Below are positions 1 through 12,822 of a stretch of 64,000 nt of DNA, in pieces. The stretch lies in contig CM075995.1 of the NCBI GenBank assembly GCA_038087875.1, forward strand, positions 2,172,001 through 2,236,000. Direction: 5' to 3'. This DNA is from Malacoraja senta. Taxonomy: Eukaryota. Each line of letters starts with the position of its first letter. Within the stretch, counting starts at the first letter, position 1. The notes beneath the pieces are model-generated. The model was not told the DNA's origin, ran no database searches, and was given only the letters and a program-made list of their open reading frames with translations. Made by a program: the position numbers and the translations under genes.

Positions 1-186
1 GATTTTGAACTTTTCAAAATCCAGTGGCGACAAAAAAATGTTGCGACACTTGAAAAAACACCGCACGTCATACGTCACCACGCCGTGTCACGCTGCATCG
101 TCACGCCGCTAATTTTTCGGTGACCTGATATGTCAGTCAATGATGCCGGCAGTCGCCGAAAAAAATCGCCAAGTGGGACAGGCCCT
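1..186. mobile_element. Right end of a PIF/Harbinger-type MITE (truncated by window edge)
   Basis: Ends in AAGTGGGACAGGCCCT followed by TTA, the same terminus as the complete MITEs at 27249-27597 and 59135-59426; internal sequence resembles the latter. Confidence 0.75.
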
Positions 187-529
187 TTACATTCCTGTTT
201 TTATATTCTAGTCCTGTTGAGATAAATGCTGGCATTGCGTTTGCCTTCCAAATGCAACATGCACCTTCACTACTAAAAATACAAATTTATTTCCCAAATA
301 TAAAATTGATTGTAGGAATAATTATAATGCTGTTCAAAATCAGTACTTTGATCAATACTCAGACTAACTGCTTCTGATTTATCTGTACGGTTTTGCTTTG
401 AACTGAGTATCGTGAAATTTATTAACATGCAAATCCAATATAAATAAATCTAATTAAAGTTAGTTTGTTTCTGATTCAGTCATTGTGATTGTGTCCATAT
501 TTGCTTTACTCGTAAGGATTGTCCTCATC

Positions 530-905
530 ATAGAGCCACAGAGACATACAGCGTGGATCGGGCACTTTGGCTCAACTTGCCCACACCAGCCAACATGATC
601 CAGCTACACTGGTCCCACCTGCCTGCACTTGGCCCATATCCTTCTAAACCTGTCCTATGTATGCACCTGCCTCTTTCTTAAAGATTGCTGCCTTTGGTGG
701 TGGGTATATGGAATTGAAAAAGTTACCCCTCAGATTCCTATTGAATCTTTCCCCCTTCACCTTAAACCTATGTCCTCTGGTCCTCGATTCCCCTACTCTG
801 GACAAGAGACTCTGTGCATCTACCTGATCTATTCCTCCCATGATTTTATACACCTCTATAAGACCACTCCTCATCCTCTTGTGCTCCAAGGAATAGAGTC
901 CCAGG
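530..905 (-). mobile_element. CR1 (HER1-type) LINE 3' fragment
   Basis: ORF 644-889 gives the CR1 ORF2 C-terminal motif LIEVYKIM..SRTRGH..RGNFF, followed by the HER1-like 3' UTR. Confidence 0.85.
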
Positions 906-1209
906 CTAAGAAAAGCAGTCTAGAAAAGCCTGTATTTACAAGAACAGAATGAAATGAACATCTTACTGCACCCCACTCCTCCCCCGCATAAAATAGGAAT
1001 TATGGAAATCTGAAATTGAAACAGTAAAAGCTGGTGCTGAAAATGTAGAGAACTAGAAAACTTGAACATCTGATAACCTGAACATTCAGATTTATGTCGT
1101 CACAACAGGTACATAAGAATTCTCAGAACATAATCAATAGCAACTACATGACAAGATATCACCATTACTTGGTTATTAATATTTCATCCTACAGAATTCC
1201 TGGCCTATT

Positions 1210-1525
1210 TATGTTCATGTTCGAAGAGCAGAATTAGGCTATTCGGCTCATCAAGTGTACTGTACCATTCAATCATGGCTGATCTGTCTTTCTCTCTCAA
1301 CCCCATTCCCCTGCCTTCTCACCATAAACCCTGACACCCGTACTAATTAAGAATTTTGTTAATTTCCGCCTTTAAAAATATCCATTGACTTGGCCTCCAC
1401 AACCGTCTGTGGCAATGAATCCCAGAGATTCCCCACCCTCTGACTAAAGAATACTTCTCATCTCCTTTCTAAAGGTACGTCCTTTTATTCTGAGGCTACG
1501 ATCTTTGGTCCTATACTCTCCCACT
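1210..1525 (-). mobile_element. CR1 LINE 3' fragment
   Basis: Reverse complement of the recurrent CR1 3' UTR (gcagaattaggc..ccattcaatcatggctgatc) seen many times in the window. Confidence 0.8.
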
Positions 1526-1884
1526 AGATCTTAGCTTCATTATTCTAGCTCCAAATAATGCTGGTGGTAAGGTTGTGTTGAGCTGAAAATGAACACAAAT
1601 GTGTGCATGAATTAGGAACAGTTGCAGACCACGGACCCTTGAGCCCGATGCACTTTTCAATAAGATGAAGGCCCACCTGTGGACCATCAGAACCAAGCAT
1701 TCCTGGCTTTATCCAACAACTTTACTTAGCAAGTATCTCTATAGACCTGACATGGAAACATTCACGTTTATTGTTTCCATCACCCTTTGACGGGCTTAGT
1801 TCCAAAGATAGTTCACGATTTGTCCTGCCTCGCACCATTCCCAGTTCTCTTCCCTACCCCCCCCCCTCCCCCCTACAATCAATC

Positions 1885-2077
1885 TTTAGACTTTACTTCA
1901 GATATTCAGCATGGAACCAGGCCATAGTGCCCTGCGAGTCCGCACCGAATACTATGCTACACACAATAGGGACAATTTACAATTTACAGAAGCCAATTAA
2001 CCTACAAACCTGTATGTCTTTGGAGTTGGGAGGAGTTGGGAGGAAACTAGAGCACCCGAAGAAAACCCATGCGGTCA
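1885..2077 (-). mobile_element. HE1/V-SINE fragment
   Basis: agccaattaacctacaaacctgtatgtctttggagt is the reverse complement of the SINE body. Confidence 0.75.
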
Positions 2078-3904
2078 CAAAGCTTTTGTTGCATGCTAAC
2101 CAGTCAGCAGAAAGATAAAACGTGATTACAATCGAACCATTTACACTGTATAGAAACATGACAAGGGAATAACGTTGACAATAGACAATAGGTGCAGGAG
2201 TAGGCCATTCAGCCCTTCGAGCCAGCACCGCCATTCAATGTTCATCCCCAATCAGTACCCCGTTCCTGCCTCCTCCCCATACCCCCTGACTCCGCTATTT
2301 TTAAGAGCCCTATCTACTGTAGCTCTCTTTTGAAAGCATCCAGAGAACCTGCCCCCTTGAGTGTAAGATAAAGCCAGCAAAGTCCGATCAAGGATAGTCC
2401 GAGGGTCACCAATGAGGTAGACAGTAGCTCAGGACTACTCGCTCGTCATGACCATATTAGTAAAGGCACACTTGCCATGTTAGTTTCAGATTATGTTTTG
2501 TTCACATCTTTACTGTAGATCAAGCTGTGCTTCCCCATGTGCAGCTTTCTCCCCTTCTCCTTCTACCCGGTCATGCAACAGCTGTACCCCCACTTCTCCA
2601 ACCATCAGGAAGAACACATCAGGAATACCATTTCCCTGACTCTCAGTCTGAGGCAGGTTCTTGACCCGAACCGTCACCTATTCCTTCTCTCCAGAGATGC
2701 TGCTTGTCTCGCTGAGGTATAGTAATTGTTAGGAATACAATAGCGTTTTCCTGAATTATCTATAGGTTACGTTAAACTTCAGGCGAAAGATTACACCCAT
2801 GATTTGTAGGTGTTAATTGGTTTGCCACCTGTATTTGTGTTTTTATTCCAGGTTTCCGGACTTAACAGTTTACTATTTACTGGAAAACATTCACTCAGCC
2901 GTTCCATTCGGCAACAAGGCAAGGTGAACTGTACTATTTTTAATCAATATATCAATACTTGTTTTCGTTAAAATGGGAATAACAATTAACATTAGATGTC
3001 AAGAGCCTATGTGGTGATCCAATTTTTCCATGGGTCACTAATTCAGGTGTTTCAACATAGGTTAAGAGAGACACAAAAAGCTGGAGTAACTCAGCAGGAC
3101 AGGCAGCATCCCTGGAGAGAAGGAATGGGTGACGTTTCGCGTTGAGACCCTTCTTCAAAATAAGGTTGACAGCCCCGTTTTAAAAGTGCACAGAATTGAG
3201 CCATTTTTCACCGTGGCAGTCGGTTAATGTTGGAGTATAAACACTTGACAGTGAGCATAATTTACAATGAGCTAATATGTTAATTATTTTTCGTCTGGGA
3301 GATGAGGAAGGGTGTTTATGTTTAAGTTTCTGCTTTGCAGAGGGTGAAGGCGGTCCTAATATTACTGAATGGGAACAAAACGTCTTATTGTGTTGGGAAA
3401 GTCAGGCTGGAATCATATTGAAAAGAAGCCCTTGTCATGAAAAGTACTCCATCTGCAATCAGATGAATAGGCTGCATGCGTGTGTGTCTCAGCCTCAGGA
3501 CTAATAGACTGCCAATCTGATTTTAACTTGTAATTTGTGTTTTCTTCTGTTGCCAGCACTGGCAGATGTGAGAGGGTGTCCGTTAATGTTCAACTTCATT
3601 ATTCCTTTCGAAAGGAGGTCTGAGCTGATCATAATTACAGAAGGAGTTTGATCCTGAACTCTTTGTGTGCATATTGCAGCTTGGCTTCCTATCCTCGTAC
3701 AGCAGTGGCTCCCTTTCTTTCCCTTTGCAAAAAAAAACAAACTCGTTCAAAATGCCATTGCTAATCCTCATCCACTGCATCTGCGGCAAACTAACATTGC
3801 CACAAAGTGTGATTATATATTAACGTCAAATACATTTCTGCGGTTACATTTCGCCCTCCATCACACTGGGCAACAAAGTTTGAGATCAGCAGTGTAAAAT
3901 GAAT

Positions 3905-4200
3905 CAGGTGGTGTAACGGTCGAGTTGCTGCCTTACAGAGACATGGGTTCAATCCTGACTACGGGTGCTTGTCTGTATGGAATTTGTACGTTCTCCCCGT
4001 GACCTGCGTGGGTTTTCTCCGAGATCTTCGAGTTCCTCCCACACTCCAAAGACGTACATGTTTGGCCTGATATAAAAATAGTAAAATTGTCCCTAGTGTG
4101 CAGGATGGTGTTAATGTGCAGGGATTGCTGGTCGGTACGAACTCGGTGGATCGAAGGGCCTATTTTTGCACTGTATCTCTAAACTAAAAACTAAATTAAA
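3905..4200 (+). mobile_element. tRNA-derived HE1/V-SINE
   Basis: B-box gggttcaatcc, V-domain tttgtacgttctccccgtgacctgcgtgggttttctcc, CR1-derived tail and (ctaaa)n end. Confidence 0.9.
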
Positions 4201-4302
4201 TTTAGGTCTGAGGTATCTGGACAGTTGTCTCCCAACTTAGTTTGAATGAAAACCAGATTTCTGCCACTACTTGGCACTTATATTTTTTTGACAATTTTAC
4301 AT

Positions 4303-4560
4303 TAGTTTAGTTTAGAGATACAGCGTGGCAACAGGCCCTTCGGCCCACCGGGTCTGTATCGACCAATGATCCCCACATATTAACAACATCCTACATACAC
4401 TACAATTTAACCAGGGAAATTAACCTACAAACTTGTACGTCTTTGGAGTGTGGGAGGAAACCGGAGCTCCCGGGGAAAACCCACGGAGAGAACGTGCGAA
4501 CTCCGCACAGACAAGCAACGGTAGTCAGGATCGAAACCTGGTCTCTGGTGCTGTAGGGCA
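4303..4560 (-). mobile_element. HE1/V-SINE
   Basis: Reverse-complement copy starting with (tttag)n. Confidence 0.85.
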
Positions 4561-4754
4561 GAAACCCTACTGCTGTTCCTTCCTAGACAGGCCCCCCAAA
4601 CCCCCCAACTCTCAGACAATGAGGAAAGGTCGTTTTGGTTCAGCCACAAAGTTACCAATGAAGATTCATGCAAATCGTCAAGCAGTGTCAAACTACTATA
4701 AAGATAATCTCTTAAATTGTATAATTATCCAGACTTTTAATGTCTGCCCACCTT

Positions 4755-6950
4755 TTGGTTCTTGGTTCTTGGTTTCTTGGTCCTCCAAAATATTCCAAAT
4801 GGAATTTAAACTGGAGGTGGTGGAGGGAGGACTTAAGCCAGAAAGGGTTTTTGGGAAGAAAGAGCTATCTTAAATTTAGTTGCATCTGGTTGGGTAACTG
4901 AAGTAGGGTGGAGATTATTCCATGCTTTAATTGTGCGGGGGAAGAATGAATTGCTGTACACATCTGTCTTGGTAGCTGGAATCACAAATTGGATCGAATG
5001 CCCTCGTCTGCTCCTAATTCGTTTGGGTTTGGTGTAGGTCTTGTAATCTATGTCGAGCTGACCATTTAAAATTTTGTAAAAACAGGTCAAACGGTGAGCT
5101 TCACGACTGTCTCCCAGAGAATTCAGAAGTTTGGTAACACTCGCTTCTCTCTCATAGGTGTTAGTAACAAATCGAGCTGCCTGTCTTTGGACACGTTCGA
5201 TGGAAGAAATGTTTTTATTTGTGTATGGGTCCCATGCTGCAACTGTGTAGTCCAAATGAGGTCTAACGAGGGTGAAGTATAGCTTCTCCTTGACAGAAGT
5301 TGAACAATGATGAAAGTTGCGCCTCAGAAAATTTAGGGCACCTGTTGCTTTCACCGTTGCATGATGAGTCTGATCATTCTGCAATTTGATGCCAAGATAC
5401 TTGGTTTGTTTGGATTCTTCAAGGGTGGTACCAAGTATATTGTACGATGTTTCGCCTGGATTCCTCTTTCTGGTGACACGCATGGTTTCACATTTGGAAG
5501 GGTTGAACTGCATGCCCCATTGTTGTGACCACTCAACCATTGTATCGAGGTCCTTTTGGAGAGCATCTTCATCATCAGTTGACTTAATTGGATGGTACAG
5601 CAAACAATCATCAGCGAATAGTCTGGTCGTGCTTGCGACTTAATCATGGATGTCGTTTATGTAAAGCAAAAACAGATGTGGGCCAGGTACTGTGCCCTGA
5701 GGTGTACCACTCAACACTGGATGCCAATTGGAGCTCTTTCCGTTCACACACACACGCTGAAGACGTTTTGTCAGGAAACTGGAAATCCATCGTTTCGTGT
5801 TGGAACGAATACCATAGAAGTCAAGCTTCCGAAGCAGTCTCTGGTGTGGGATGACATCAAATGCTTTAGAAAAGTCCAGCACTACTAAATCCGTGATGAC
5901 GTTACCATCAAGATGTTTGGCCAGGTCATTTGTCGTCAGGATAAGCTGAGACTCACATGATCTATGCCTCCTAAATGCATGTTGGTTGTCAGCAAGAATA
6001 TTATGTTTGCTCACGTGTCGCATCAGATTACTATCAATTACATGTTCCAGTAATTTGCAGCAAGTACTTGTTAATGAAACAGGATGATAATTTGCTGGGT
6101 TGGTGGTTGAACCCTTCTTAAAGAGAGGAGTGACGTTAGCCTTCCTCCAATCCAGCGGAACTTCACCTGAGTCAAGCGATTGTTGGAAAATGAACTGCAA
6201 AACTGGAGGCAGTTCTTCGGCCGTGATCTTGAGGGCTTGATTCTGTATCTGATCTGGTCCAATTGCTTTTGTGGTATTGATGTTGAGCAATAACTTCTTG
6301 ACACCTTCAACCTCTATTTTAATAGCAGGCATATCAGCATACGGGCTGGGCGGTAGAACTGGAAATGATGAAGGCTCCATATCTGCCCGGGTGAAAACGT
6401 GTTGGAATTGGTTTGCAAGAGCTTCTGCTTTCGCCTGGTCCTCAGTGATCAGACAGTTGTTCACTTTAAGCATCTGGACACCAGTGTTGTCTGTCCGTCT
6501 GGATTTCACTTATCTCCAAAAAGCCTTGGGTTGCTCTCCCCAAGAATAGAAGAAACATGTTGTCTATGAGCACTCCTAATAGCACGATCGACTTGCTTTC
6601 GCATTCTCGTAAAATTGTCCCAGTCCAGTTTTGTACCCCTTTTTTTTGTACGGATATAAGACTTCTCTTTCTTACTGCAGAGACGTTTCAGTTTTGCCGA
6701 AAACCAAGGAGGACGCATACGGCCCTTAATGAGTTTTTGAGGAACATGATTTGTAACAATATTATTTAAAGAGTTTCTCAGCCACACCCAGTTGTCTTTT
6801 ACGGATCTTTTATCTGGTTGCAGGCTGAAGAAATCTTTTCCCATTTTTTTTGCTAAGACTTTAAATTCCTCGCTGTTCACTTTTCTCCAGAGGGAAATTT
6901 TACGCGGTGGCTTTGAAGGAACGTTAAACTTTGTGTGCAGTTTTGGCTTG
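4755..6950 (-). mobile_element. 5'-truncated CR1-clade LINE of an atypical (invertebrate-like) lineage; RT disrupted by frameshifts
   Basis: ORFs 6506-6880, 5640-6509 and 4833-5603 give RT motifs (NYHPVSLTS, LDFSKAFD, GTPQGTV.GP.LFLLYIND) and C-terminal motifs RPHLDY..AAWDPY and NSFFPRTIKAWNNL; 3' microsatellite tail (CCAAGAA)n at about 4755-4780. Confidence 0.9.
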
Positions 6951-7109
6951 TCTACAGTACACTAATCCTATATGCCCACATTAAGTCCATATTCTTCTAT
7001 GCCTCGCCTTTTCAAGTGTCTGTGTGAATGCCTCTTGAACATCATTTTATGTTGAATTCTAACACCTCCTCTGGCAAGTATTCCAGATATCAACCACTCT
7101 GTGTAAAAT

Positions 7110-7495
7110 GTGGGGGGACCTCATTGAAACTTACCGAATACTGAAAGGCTTGGATAGAGTGGATGTGGAGAGGATGTTTCCACTAGTGGGAGAGTCTAGG
7201 ATGAGAGGCCAGCCTCTGAATTAAAGGACGTTCCTTTTGGAAGGAGATGAGGAGGTTTTTCTTTAGTCAGAAGGTGGGGAATCTGTGGAATTCTTTGTCA
7301 CAGAAGGCTGTGGGGGCCGTCAATGGATATTTTTAAGGCAGAGATAGATAGATTGATTGATTAGTACGGGTGTTAGGAGGTATGGGGAGAAAGCAGGAGA
7401 TTGGGGTTAGGAGGGAGAGATAGATCAGCCATGATTGAATGGTGGAGTAGACTTGATGGGCTGAATGGCCTAATTCTGCTCCTATCACACGACCT
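7110..7495 (+). mobile_element. CR1 LINE 3' fragment
   Basis: ggcttggatagagtggatgtggagaggatgtttccactagtgggagagtctagg... followed by the standard 3' UTR. Confidence 0.85.
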
Positions 7496-7654
7496 AAAAC
7501 CTAACCTCTCAGATTCCCCTTAAAACTCTCATCTTAAGCCAATGTGCACTCTTTTTTTACTACTCATGGGAAGAAGATTTTGATCATCTACCCAATCTGT
7601 ACCTGTTATAATTTTATGAACCTCTGGACTTTAGTAAGTTTGACAAGATTGGGC

Positions 7655-7930
7655 AGCATATTGGTGCAGCAGTAGAGATGCAGCCTTACAGTTGCTATTT
7701 TATAGGGACCCGGGTTCTATACTGTCTTTGGGTGCTTTGTTTAGAGTTTGTACGTTCTCCCTGTGACTGCGTGGGTTTTCTCAGGGTGCACTGGTTTTTC
7801 TCCCACACTCAAAAGACATACAGGTTAGCAGTTTAATTGGTTGCTGTGAACTGTAAATTGTTCCTAGTTTGTAGGATAGTGCTAGTGTACAGGGGTGACC
7901 GTTGGTTGGTGTGGACATGTTGGGGCTGTT
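7655..7930 (+). mobile_element. HE1/V-SINE, diverged
   Basis: tRNA-like head and V-domain. Confidence 0.8.
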
Positions 7931-8042
7931 AGATGAAGCTGTAGAAGTAGGTACAACTACAACATCTAAAAGATATGGTTTAGAGTGATATGGGGCAAAC
8001 ACTATGAAATGGGACTAGCTAATATCTTGGTCAGTGTGGATC

Positions 8043-11000
8043 ACAATAGACAATAGACACAATAGGTGCAGGAGTAGGCCATTAGGCCCTTCGAGCCAGC
8101 ACCACCATTCAATGTGATCATGGCTGATCATCCCCAATCAGTACCCCGTTCCTGCCTTCTCCCCACATCCTCTGACACCGCTATTTTTAAGAGCCCTATC
8201 TAGCTCTCTCTTGAAAGCATCCAGAGAACCTGCGTCCACTGCCCTCTGAGGCAGAGAATTTCACAGATTCTCTGTGAGAAAAAGTGTTTCCTCGTCTCCG
8301 TTCTAAATGGCTTACACCTTATTCTTAAACTGTGGCCCCTGGTTCTGGACTCCCCCAACATCGGGAACATGTTTCCTGCCTTTAGAGTGTCCAAGCCCTT
8401 AATAATCTTATATGTTTCAATGAGACCCCTCTCATCCTTCTAAACTCCAGAGTGTACAAGCCCAGCTGCTTCATTCTCTCAGCATATGACAGTCCCGCCA
8501 TCCCGGGAATTAACCTTGTAAACCTACGCTGCACTCCCTCAATAGCAAGAATGTCCTTCCTCAAATTAGGGGACCAAAACTGCACACAATACTCCAGGAG
8601 TGGTCTCACTAGGGCTCTGTACAACTGCAGAAGGACCTCTTTGCTCCTATATTCGATTCCTCTTGTTATAAAGGCCAACATGCCATTCGGTTTCTTCACT
8701 GCCTGCTGTACCTGCATGCTTACTTTCATAGACTGATGTACAAGGACCCCCAGATCCCGTTGTACTTCCCCTTTTCCCAACTTGACGCCATTTAGATAGT
8801 AATCTGCCTTCCTGTTTTTGCTACCAAAGTGGACAACCTCACATTTATCCGCATTAAACTTCATCTGCCATGCATCTGCCCACGCCCCCAACCTGTCCAA
8901 GTATCCTGCATTCTCATAGCATCCTCCTCACAGTTCACACGGCCACCCAGCATTGTGTCAGCTGCAAATTTCCTAATGTTACTTTGAATCCCTTCATCCA
9001 AATCATTGATGTATATTGTAAATAGCTGCAGTCCCAGCACCGAGCCTTACGGTACCCCACTAGTCACTGCCTGTCATTCTGAAAGGGACCCGTTAATCCC
9101 TACTCTTTTTTTCCTGTCTGCCAACCACTTCTCTATCCATGTCAGCACTCTACCCCCAATACCATTAGCCCTAATTTTGCGAACTAATCTCCTATGTGGG
9201 ACCTTATCAAATGCTTTCTGAAATGCTCTCCAATGTCCTTTTTCCTAGTTACATCTTCAAAAAATTCCAGAAGATTAGTCAAGCATGATTTCCCCTTCGT
9301 AAATCCATGCTGACTCAGACTGATCCTGTTACTGCTATCCAAATGTTCGACTATCTCATCTTTTATAATTGACTCCAGCATCTTCCCCACCACCGATGTC
9401 AGGCTAACTGGTCTATAATTCCCTCTTTTCTCTCTCCCGCCTTTCTTAAAAAGTGGGATAACATTAGCTACCCTCCAATCCACAGGAACTGATCCTGAGT
9501 CTATAGAACATTGGAAAATTATCACCAATGCATCCACAATTTCTATAGCCACTTCCTTAAACACCCTGGGATGCAGACCATCAGGCCCTGGGGATTTATC
9601 AGCCTTCAGTCCCATCAGTCTATCCAACACCATTTCCTGCCTAATGTGGATTTCCTTCAGTTCCTCCGTCACCCCAGATCCTCTGGCCACCACTATATCA
9701 GGAAGATTGTTTGTGTCCTCCTTAGTGAAGACAGATCCAAAGTACCTGCTCAACTCATCTGCCATTTCCTTGTTCCCCATAATAAATTCACTTTTTTCGG
9801 TCTTCAAGGGTCCAACTTTGGTCTTAACTAATTTTTTCCTCTTCACATACCTAAAGATGCTTTTACTATCCTGCTTTCTTTATATTCTTGGCTAGCTTAC
9901 CTTTGTACCTCATCTTTTCTCCCTGTATTGTCTTTTTAGTTATCTTCTGTTGTTCTTTAAACTTTACCCAATCCTCTTGCTTCCCGCTCATCTTTGCTAC
10001 ATTGTACTTCTTCGCTTTAATTTTGATACTGTCCCTGACGTTCCTTGTCAGCCATGATCGTCCCTTTCTCCCCTTGGAATCTTTCTTCCTCCTCGGAATG
10101 AACTGATCCTGCACCTTCTGTATTATTCCTAGAAACACCTGCCATTTTTGTTCCACTGTCATCCCTGCTAGTGTATCTTTCCAGTCAACTTTGGCCAGCT
10201 CCTCCCTCATGGCCCCATAGTCCCCTTTATTCAACTGCAACACTGACACCTCCGATCTACTCTTCTCTCTCTCCAATTGTAGATTAAACCTGACCATTTT
10301 ATGGTCACTGCCTCCTAATGGCTGATTAACCTCGGGGTCCTTTATCAAATCCAGTTCATTACATAGCACTAAATCCAGAATTGCCTTCTCCCTGGTTGGC
10401 TCCAATACAAGCTGTTTAAAGAATCCATCACGAAGGCACTCTACAAAGTCCCTTTCTTGGGGTCCAGTACCAACCTGATTTTCCCAGTCTACCTGCATGT
10501 TGTAATCTCCCATAACAACCACAGCATTACTTTTTCTACATGCCAATTTTAACTCCTGATTCAACTTGTGCCCTATGTCCAGGCTACTGTTTGGGGACCT
10601 GTAGATTAGTCCCATTAGGGTATTTTTACCCTTACAATTCCTTAGTTCTATCCATACTGACTCCACAACTGTTTCAAAGTCACCCCTTGCAAGGGACTGA
10701 ATTTCATTCTTCATCAACAGGGCAACCCCACCCCCTCTGCCCACCTGTCTGTCTTTTCGATAGGAGGTATGCCCTTGAATATTCAGTTCCCAGCCCTGGC
10801 CCTCTTGCAGCCATGTCTCAGTAATTCCCACAACATCATACTTGCCAGTTTCTAACTGAGCCTCAAGCTCGTCCACTTTATTCCTTATACTTCGCGCATT
10901 CATATACAGCACTTTGACCTCCGTATTCACTTCCCCCCTCGCACCGCTCGCAATTGGCCCTGACCTTACTCTGTTGTCCCTTCTCGAGCTTTCCTTCCCA

Positions 11001-11430
11001 TTAATTCGAGAATCTTTTGTTATTTTTCCTGTAGCCACTTCCCCTTCAACTCCGTCTTTATACTCCCAATTTGTCAACCCCTCCCCCCCCCCCCCCCCCA
11101 CTATTTAGTTTAAACCCACACGTGTAGCCCTAGCAAACCTGCCTGCCAGAATGTCGGCCCCCCTCCAGTTAAGGTGTAACCAGTCCCTTTTGTACAGGTC
11201 ACCCCTACCCCAAAAGAGATCCCAGTGGTCTATAAATCTAAATCCCTGCTCCCTGCTCCAGCCCCTCAGCCACACATTCAGATCCCATATCTCCCTGCTC
11301 CTGTCCTCACCAGCACAAGGTACTGGAAGCAATCCAGAGATAACAACCCTAGAAGTCCGGCATTTCAGTCTTCTTCCCAACTCTCTGAAGTCATGTTGGA
11401 GAACCTCCTTCCTCTTCTTCCCGATGTCGA
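8043..11430 (-). mobile_element. Long CR1 LINE: partial ORF1 esterase plus nearly complete, frameshifted ORF2
   Basis: 11105-11380 SGNH-esterase C-terminus (VVISGLLP...LYKRDWLHLN); 9866-11101 APE endonuclease (YMNARSI, GITETW, MGDYN, SDH); 9184-9846 and 8382-8900 RT region; (CTATTGT)n tail at about 8043-8065. Confidence 0.95.
8200..11101 (-). pseudogene. CR1 ORF2 (APE endonuclease + reverse transcriptase), broken into several frames
   Basis: Consecutive ORF pieces 9866-11101, 9184-9846, 8382-8900 and 8200-8394; small deletion near 9225 removes the DVVYLDF motif. Confidence 0.9.
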
Positions 11431-11796
11431 TAAGGTGGGATGAAGGATCTATTTCTGTGCTTTATCAATCCAGACTCTGTGACTTTATCAGGTCATCATT
11501 CAGTCTCCATTGTCCCAGAAAAATACAAACCAATACAAATACAAAAATACAAATCCAATCTCGCCGCAGAACTGAGTCCTCAATCCATGCAATGTTGCGA
11601 TGAAGGGTCTTGACCCAATAAATCACCTATTCCTTTTCTCCAGGGCTGCCGCCTGACCCGCTGAGTGGCTCCAGCTTTTCGTGTCCATCTTCGGTTTAAA
11701 CCAGCATCTGCGGTTCCTTCCTACACACTATCCCGATGAATCTCCTCCGTACTCTCTCCAATGCAAACACATCTCTCAAATAGACCCAATTAGAGT

Positions 11797-12095
11797 GCAG
11801 CACGGTGGCGCAGGGGTAGAGTTGCTGCCTTACATCGCCAGAGACCCGGGTTCCATCCTGACTACGGGTGCTTGTCTGTACGGAGTTTGTACGTTCTCCC
11901 CTGTGACTTGCGTGGGTTTTTCCTCCGGCTGTTCCACTTTTCTCCCACACTCCAAAGACGTACAAATTTGGAGGTTGATTGGCTGGGTGTAAATGTACAA
12001 TTGTCCCAAGTGTGTGTAAGATAGTGTTCATGTGCAGGGATCGTGGACTCAGTGGGACAAAGGGCCTGTTTCAGCGGTGTATCTTTAAACTGAAC
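11797..12095 (+). mobile_element. HE1/V-SINE
   Basis: gcagcacggtggcgcaggggtagagttgctgccttac head, V-domain and tail. Confidence 0.9.
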
Positions 12096-12116
12096 TCAAC
12101 AAAAAGCTAAAAATAC

Positions 12117-12685
12117 TGAAGGGTCTGAAGAAGGGACCCATCCACGTACTCCAGAGATGCTGTCTGACCTCCTGAGCTACTCCAGCACTTGTGTCCTTTG
12201 GTGTAAACCAGCATCTGCAGTTCCTTGTTTCTGCACACAATATTTCAAGTGCAATCTAACCAGTGTTTATAGGTTTGCAAAGAAGCTTCCAACCTGTAAA
12301 AGGGAGCAAGTCATATACCTTATGGCCAGCCTGAAGAGGTGTCCATGCCCAAAATGTGCTCTTATCTATCCTCTACATAGATGCTGCCTGACCCACTGAG
12401 TTCCTCCAGCACTTTGTATTTTGCTGAAGATTCTAGCATCTGACTCCATTGTCAGAGTGAGGCCAAACGTTAATTGGAGGAACAGGGTCTCATATTTCAC
12501 TTGGGCAGCTTACAGCCCTGAATATTGATTTCTCCAACTTCGTAACCCCGGCATTCCCTCTCTCACCATCCCTCCCCAACCCAAGTCGCACCAGCTTCTC
12601 GCTTTCACCCAACAAACCGCTAACAATGGCCTGTTTCCTTTATCATCGTTACTTTTTTGCCTCTCTTTCATTCATTGTTCTCTCC
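12117..12685 (+). mobile_element. Cluster of Penelope-like element fragments (terminal repeats and GIY-YIG C-terminal remnant)
   Basis: gggtctgaagaaggg..ccagagatgctg repeats; attggaggaacagggtctcatatttcacttgggcagcttacagccc resembles the LEEQHLIFRLGSL motif. Confidence 0.7.
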
Positions 12686-12822
12686 ATTTGGAAAGGATGT
12701 ACTTGGATGTTTCAAATTTCCATTGCCATCTAGAATTCATTCAAGTGTAATCTAAAATTGTTTATCCTATTTCTTGGCTTCATCTGCAATATTCCATCAA
12801 CCACATGGTACAGTTCTATCCA

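Noticed and set aside
2852..2923. Possible 72-nt plus-strand exon (ttttattccag| ... aag|gtgaac)
   Set aside because: Two frames open, no recognisable peptide, no partner exon; chance splice-like signals cannot be excluded without RNA-seq.
9866..11101. 411-aa ORF as a host endonuclease gene or active LINE
   Set aside because: It is the APE part of CR1 ORF2; downstream RT is frameshifted and deleted, and the element is 5'-truncated.
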